Under the pieces are notes generated by a model. It was not told where the DNA came from. It worked only from the letters and a program-made list of their open reading frames with translations, and did not search any database. Of a DNA stretch of 64,000 bases, positions 60,980 through 64,000 are shown one piece after another. Position numbers and translations under genes: made by a program. Source of the stretch: Carcharhinus longimanus (lineage: Eukaryota); assembly GCA_030264375.1 (NCBI GenBank), contig JASCQW010000098.1, forward strand, positions 13,097,653 through 13,161,652, written 5' to 3'. Every line of letters starts with the position of its first letter. The stretch's first letter is position 1.

Positions 60980-61275
60980 TGGCTCGGTGGTTAGCACTGC
61001 TACCTCTAGGAGCCAGGGACCCCGGCTCGATTCCCCACTTGTGCGAAGTCTGTGAAAAATCTGCACGTCTATGTGCGGGTTTTCTCTGGGTGCTCCAGTT
61101 TCCTCCCAGAGTCCCAACGGTGTGGGGGGTCAGGTGCAATGGCCATGCTAAACTGCCCCTTTAGTGTCAGGGGGACTAGCTAGAGTAAATGTATGGGGAT
61201 AGGGCCTGGGTAGGGTTGTGGTTGGTGCTGACTTGATGGGCTGAATGGCCTCTTTCTGAACTGTAGGGATTCTAT
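60980..61275 (+). mobile_element. HE1/V-SINE-type SINE
   Basis: A/B boxes, V-domain and tail. Confidence 0.88.
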
Positions 61276-61646
61276 GAAGTCCCTCACCCCTGGAACCATT
61301 CTCCTCCATCTTTGCTGATAAATGAGGTGGTCAAAATTAGATACGGGTGGAACCGGCGTCTTATTCAGGTCTACCATAATTTCCTTACTCTGTGCCTCGA
61401 TATCCAAAGCTCAGCAACCCATATGCTTTTGGAAACCATTTTCTCAATCTGCTCTGCCACCTTCAATGATGGCTGCAGAAGGACCAGTGGATCTCTCTCT
61501 CTTTCTGTATCCCTCTTAGAATTGCACCCTTTGTTTCATTCCTCGCTCTTCCAATTGGATGATGCTTAGCTGCCAACTACGCATCCCCGCTCTACTCCCC
61601 ATCACTCCCTGCACTCCCCCCACATTCCTCCAAACTTCATACCCAG

Positions 61647-61812
61647 AGATGTGTGGGTTAGGTGGATTGGCCATGCTAAATTGCCCCTTAGAGTCAGGGG
61701 GACTAGCTGGGGTAAACGCATGGGGTAATGGGGATAGGGCCTGGTGGGATTATAGTCGATGCAGACATTATGGGCCGAATGGTCTCCTTCCGCACTATAA
61801 GATTCTATGATT
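61647..61812 (+). mobile_element. HE1-type SINE, 3' half
   Basis: agatgtgtgggttaggtggattggccatgctaaattgcccc...gattctatga. Confidence 0.85.
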
Positions 61813-62150
61813 TTGATTTCATCTTCCTGACCCAAATTTGATTCAGTCAAATCATATAGGATGCAAGTCCATTAAAGATGTGTTTTGCTCAAATCCAAGT
61901 GGTCCCAACTTTACTTCCATTTGGAAACCAGCCCACAGCACTAACTCACTAAACAGCAAAGCAATGGCTGACATGGAAAATGGAACTATTCACACAGTTT
62001 AGTTTTGAAGTGCACTTTGGCAAAGTAGAGGGAGTCACTAACTTTGATTCTGGCTGCAACATACTGAAGCTTGGGCAGTTTGATGTGAAGAATGAACACA
62101 AAGTGTAATGAAAATCTTTACCAACAAGCAGAAATGACAAAGAATCTTAC

Positions 62151-62285
62151 CCATCATCAGTGGTGATAGACGCCTGACCGTGGGATCCACAATCACTACT
62201 GGGCCCTGAAACTCGAGCCCAAGCCACATACCACCAACCAGCCTGCAACACCACAGGTTCATCAAACATCATTGCATATTTCTCT
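62151..62285 (-). CDS. MYCBP2: MYCBP2 exon, PHR domain 1: (R)EKYAMMFDEPVVLQAGWWYVAWARVSGPSSDCGSHGQASITTDD(G)
   Basis: ttttcag|AGAG...GATGG|gtaaga; 135 nt, phase 2-2; hand translation (this frame is not in the ORF track). Confidence 0.95.
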
Positions 62286-63094
62286 CTGAAAAATACAAAC
62301 AGCGTGTGAACAGAATTCAGTATGAAACATATTCTTTATTTTGTTAAACTGGTTGATCTCCTCTGGCAAAGCTCATAGAAGTATATGCTTTCACGTTAAG
62401 CAGAGTTGGTGGAGGGGGAATAAATGGATAATACTGCACAGAACTCATTCATTCCTTCCATATTTTTAGTTATTAGCTGTGCACACAGCAATTTGGGAAG
62501 CAGGAAAACAGAATTGGTTATAACAAGAATTTCTTTACGACACATACCAAGGAGCTGACATGCAAAATTGAAGTGCTTTAGCTCTATTACTGGCAAGCAG
62601 CTGCATTTACAGGAAGTGCACATTTATATAAGAAGCTAGAATTACAAAAGGTGGACAGATTTATAATAGCAACAAAGACTTGGCAGAAATTACATAACAT
62701 TCAAACATTTTGATATATTTCAGACAGACGCTTCTGTTCAACATGAAACTCAAGAAATCTAAAAAATATAGTTTGGAACCCCTATCACAAATGCATGACA
62801 GAGCTGAATAGTAAAAAGAAAAACTTACACAGAAAGCAAGCTAACCATTTAACCAAACTATAAACTATATAAGCATTTTGTTACACTCAAGTTAATGTGA
62901 TACTATCACCAAGCACTCTAGATCCAATGCAATCTTTATTATTACCAAATTGTTCAATTGACGTTTTATGGCACCCCATGTGAAGTATCAGGGTGCTTTG
63001 CAAAAAGGAAAAGAAGTTGCTCTTATGTTTCTAGATTGTCCTTGTTATTCAAGATTTGTCCAGTTTCTGAATTTTAGAAAACTGTAGGCAAGTT

Positions 63095-63390
63095 GGCACA
63101 GCTGCCTCACAACGCCAGGGACCCAGGTTCAATTCCAGCCTTGGGTCACTGTTCGTGTGGAGTTTGCACATTCTCCCCGTGGCTGCTTGGGTTTACTCCG
63201 GTTTCCTCCTACAGTCCAAAGATATGCAGGTTAGGTGGACTGGCCGTGCTACATTGCCCCTCAGTGACAGGGAGATTAACAGGGTAAACGTGTGGGGTTA
63301 TGGAGATGGGGCTTGGGTTGGATTGTCGTTAGTTCAGGCTCAATGGGCCAAATGGCCGCTTTCTGCACTGTAGGGTCACTCTGATTCTAT
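63095..63390 (+). mobile_element. HE1/V-SINE-type SINE
   Basis: gctgcctcacaacgccagggacccaggttcaattcc...tail. Confidence 0.88.
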
Positions 63391-64000
63391 AAGAAGTTAT
63401 GGCAGCCCATGCTTCTAAGAAATTATCAATACCAGAGCAAACACTGTTAATTTTAGCTATCAAAATTATGCCTCAAAGGACCTTGTAAGTGGCTGTGCTC
63501 TGTTGCATCAATCATAGAACAGATTCATAGAATCCTTATAGTGCAGAAGAGGTCATTCAGCCCATCAAGTATGCACCAGCTGTCTAACAAAGTATTTTAT
63601 CCAGGCCCTCTCCCCAACTCTACTCCTGTAACCCTGTGCCACCATGTAGCCCAGTTAAGTTTAATTGATTCAACTAAGTTTACAAATCATGAATAATCTC
63701 AACACAAACACGTTAGTACAGTTGAAAGCCTTCTCTACTCAAAATGAAAAAGTTGCAAGTTAGCACTAAGCTGTTCTGTAAATAACACCTTTTTAAAAAA
63801 TTTACACTGCCCTTTCCTGGTCATTTTTTACCAACAATGAAAGTTAATCAAGTCTATTGTAAGTTTTTCAATCAGCTCAATGTGGCCTCCAGCAAACTCT
63901 CCAAACACATTTTATATCCCTCATTTAGGTCTGCTTCTTTCAATAATAAGTCATATCCATAGCTAAAGCAATTATGAAATCAATGGCTTGGCTCCTCTCT

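Larger units (their letters stand above)
3083..62285 (-). other. MYCBP2: MYCBP2 gene body (partial; internal multi-exon segment that extends beyond both window ends)
   Basis: 34 exons whose spliced translation matches recalled vertebrate MYCBP2 (PHR domains, YSFEELR motif, GPSGHNIRSCP, CELCGESHQYPVTYHM, GGQGYNSIGHFCGGWAGNCGDGG); GT-AG sites; phases consistent except at 62151/56615. Confidence 0.97.

Noticed and set aside
617-63390. tRNA genes suggested by A/B boxes, and recurring ORFs such as MAQWLALLP...
   Set aside because: These are tRNA-derived SINE heads followed by V-domain and LINE tail; the ORFs are chance translations of the SINE
1-64000. Prokaryotic-type systems (CRISPR arrays, operons, defence islands)
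   Set aside because: No regularly spaced repeats or dense ORFs; the window is an intron-rich vertebrate gene

Overview
Vertebrate nuclear DNA, almost certainly from a shark or other elasmobranch (HE1/V-SINE-type SINEs, CR1, L2, Rex1/Babar, Penelope and DeuSINE relics). It comes from a gapped draft assembly with nine N-runs. The whole window lies inside the giant E3 ubiquitin ligase gene MYCBP2 (PAM/PHR1/Highwire/RPM-1 family) on the minus strand. I traced 34 coding exons with GT-AG boundaries, running from the end of PHR domain 1 (62151-62285) through PHR2, the RAE1-binding/filamin-like region, the Myc-binding region and a 1644-nt Ser-rich exon to 3083. The 5' end and the C-terminal RING/RCR exons lie outside the window. 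Phases are consistent at every junction except 62151->56615, where expected exons are missing, probably hidden in the gap at 57218-57317. No prokaryote-type system is present. The most interesting signals are: (i) a TE-free intronic cluster of candidate microexons and poison exons with RBFOX motifs (28.9-33.1 kb); (ii) a candidate alternative terminal exon with tandem AATAAA that would truncate MYCBP2 before its catalytic domain (18.5-18.8 kb); (iii) a recent Penelope-like insertion with inverted termini, a 13-bp TSD and hammerhead remnants nested in a SINE; (iv) two discrete hairpins; (v) a CpG-rich anomalous patch beside a gap. Comparisons with human MYCBP2 and repeat consensuses are from memory, not database searches. 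Repeat boundaries are approximate.
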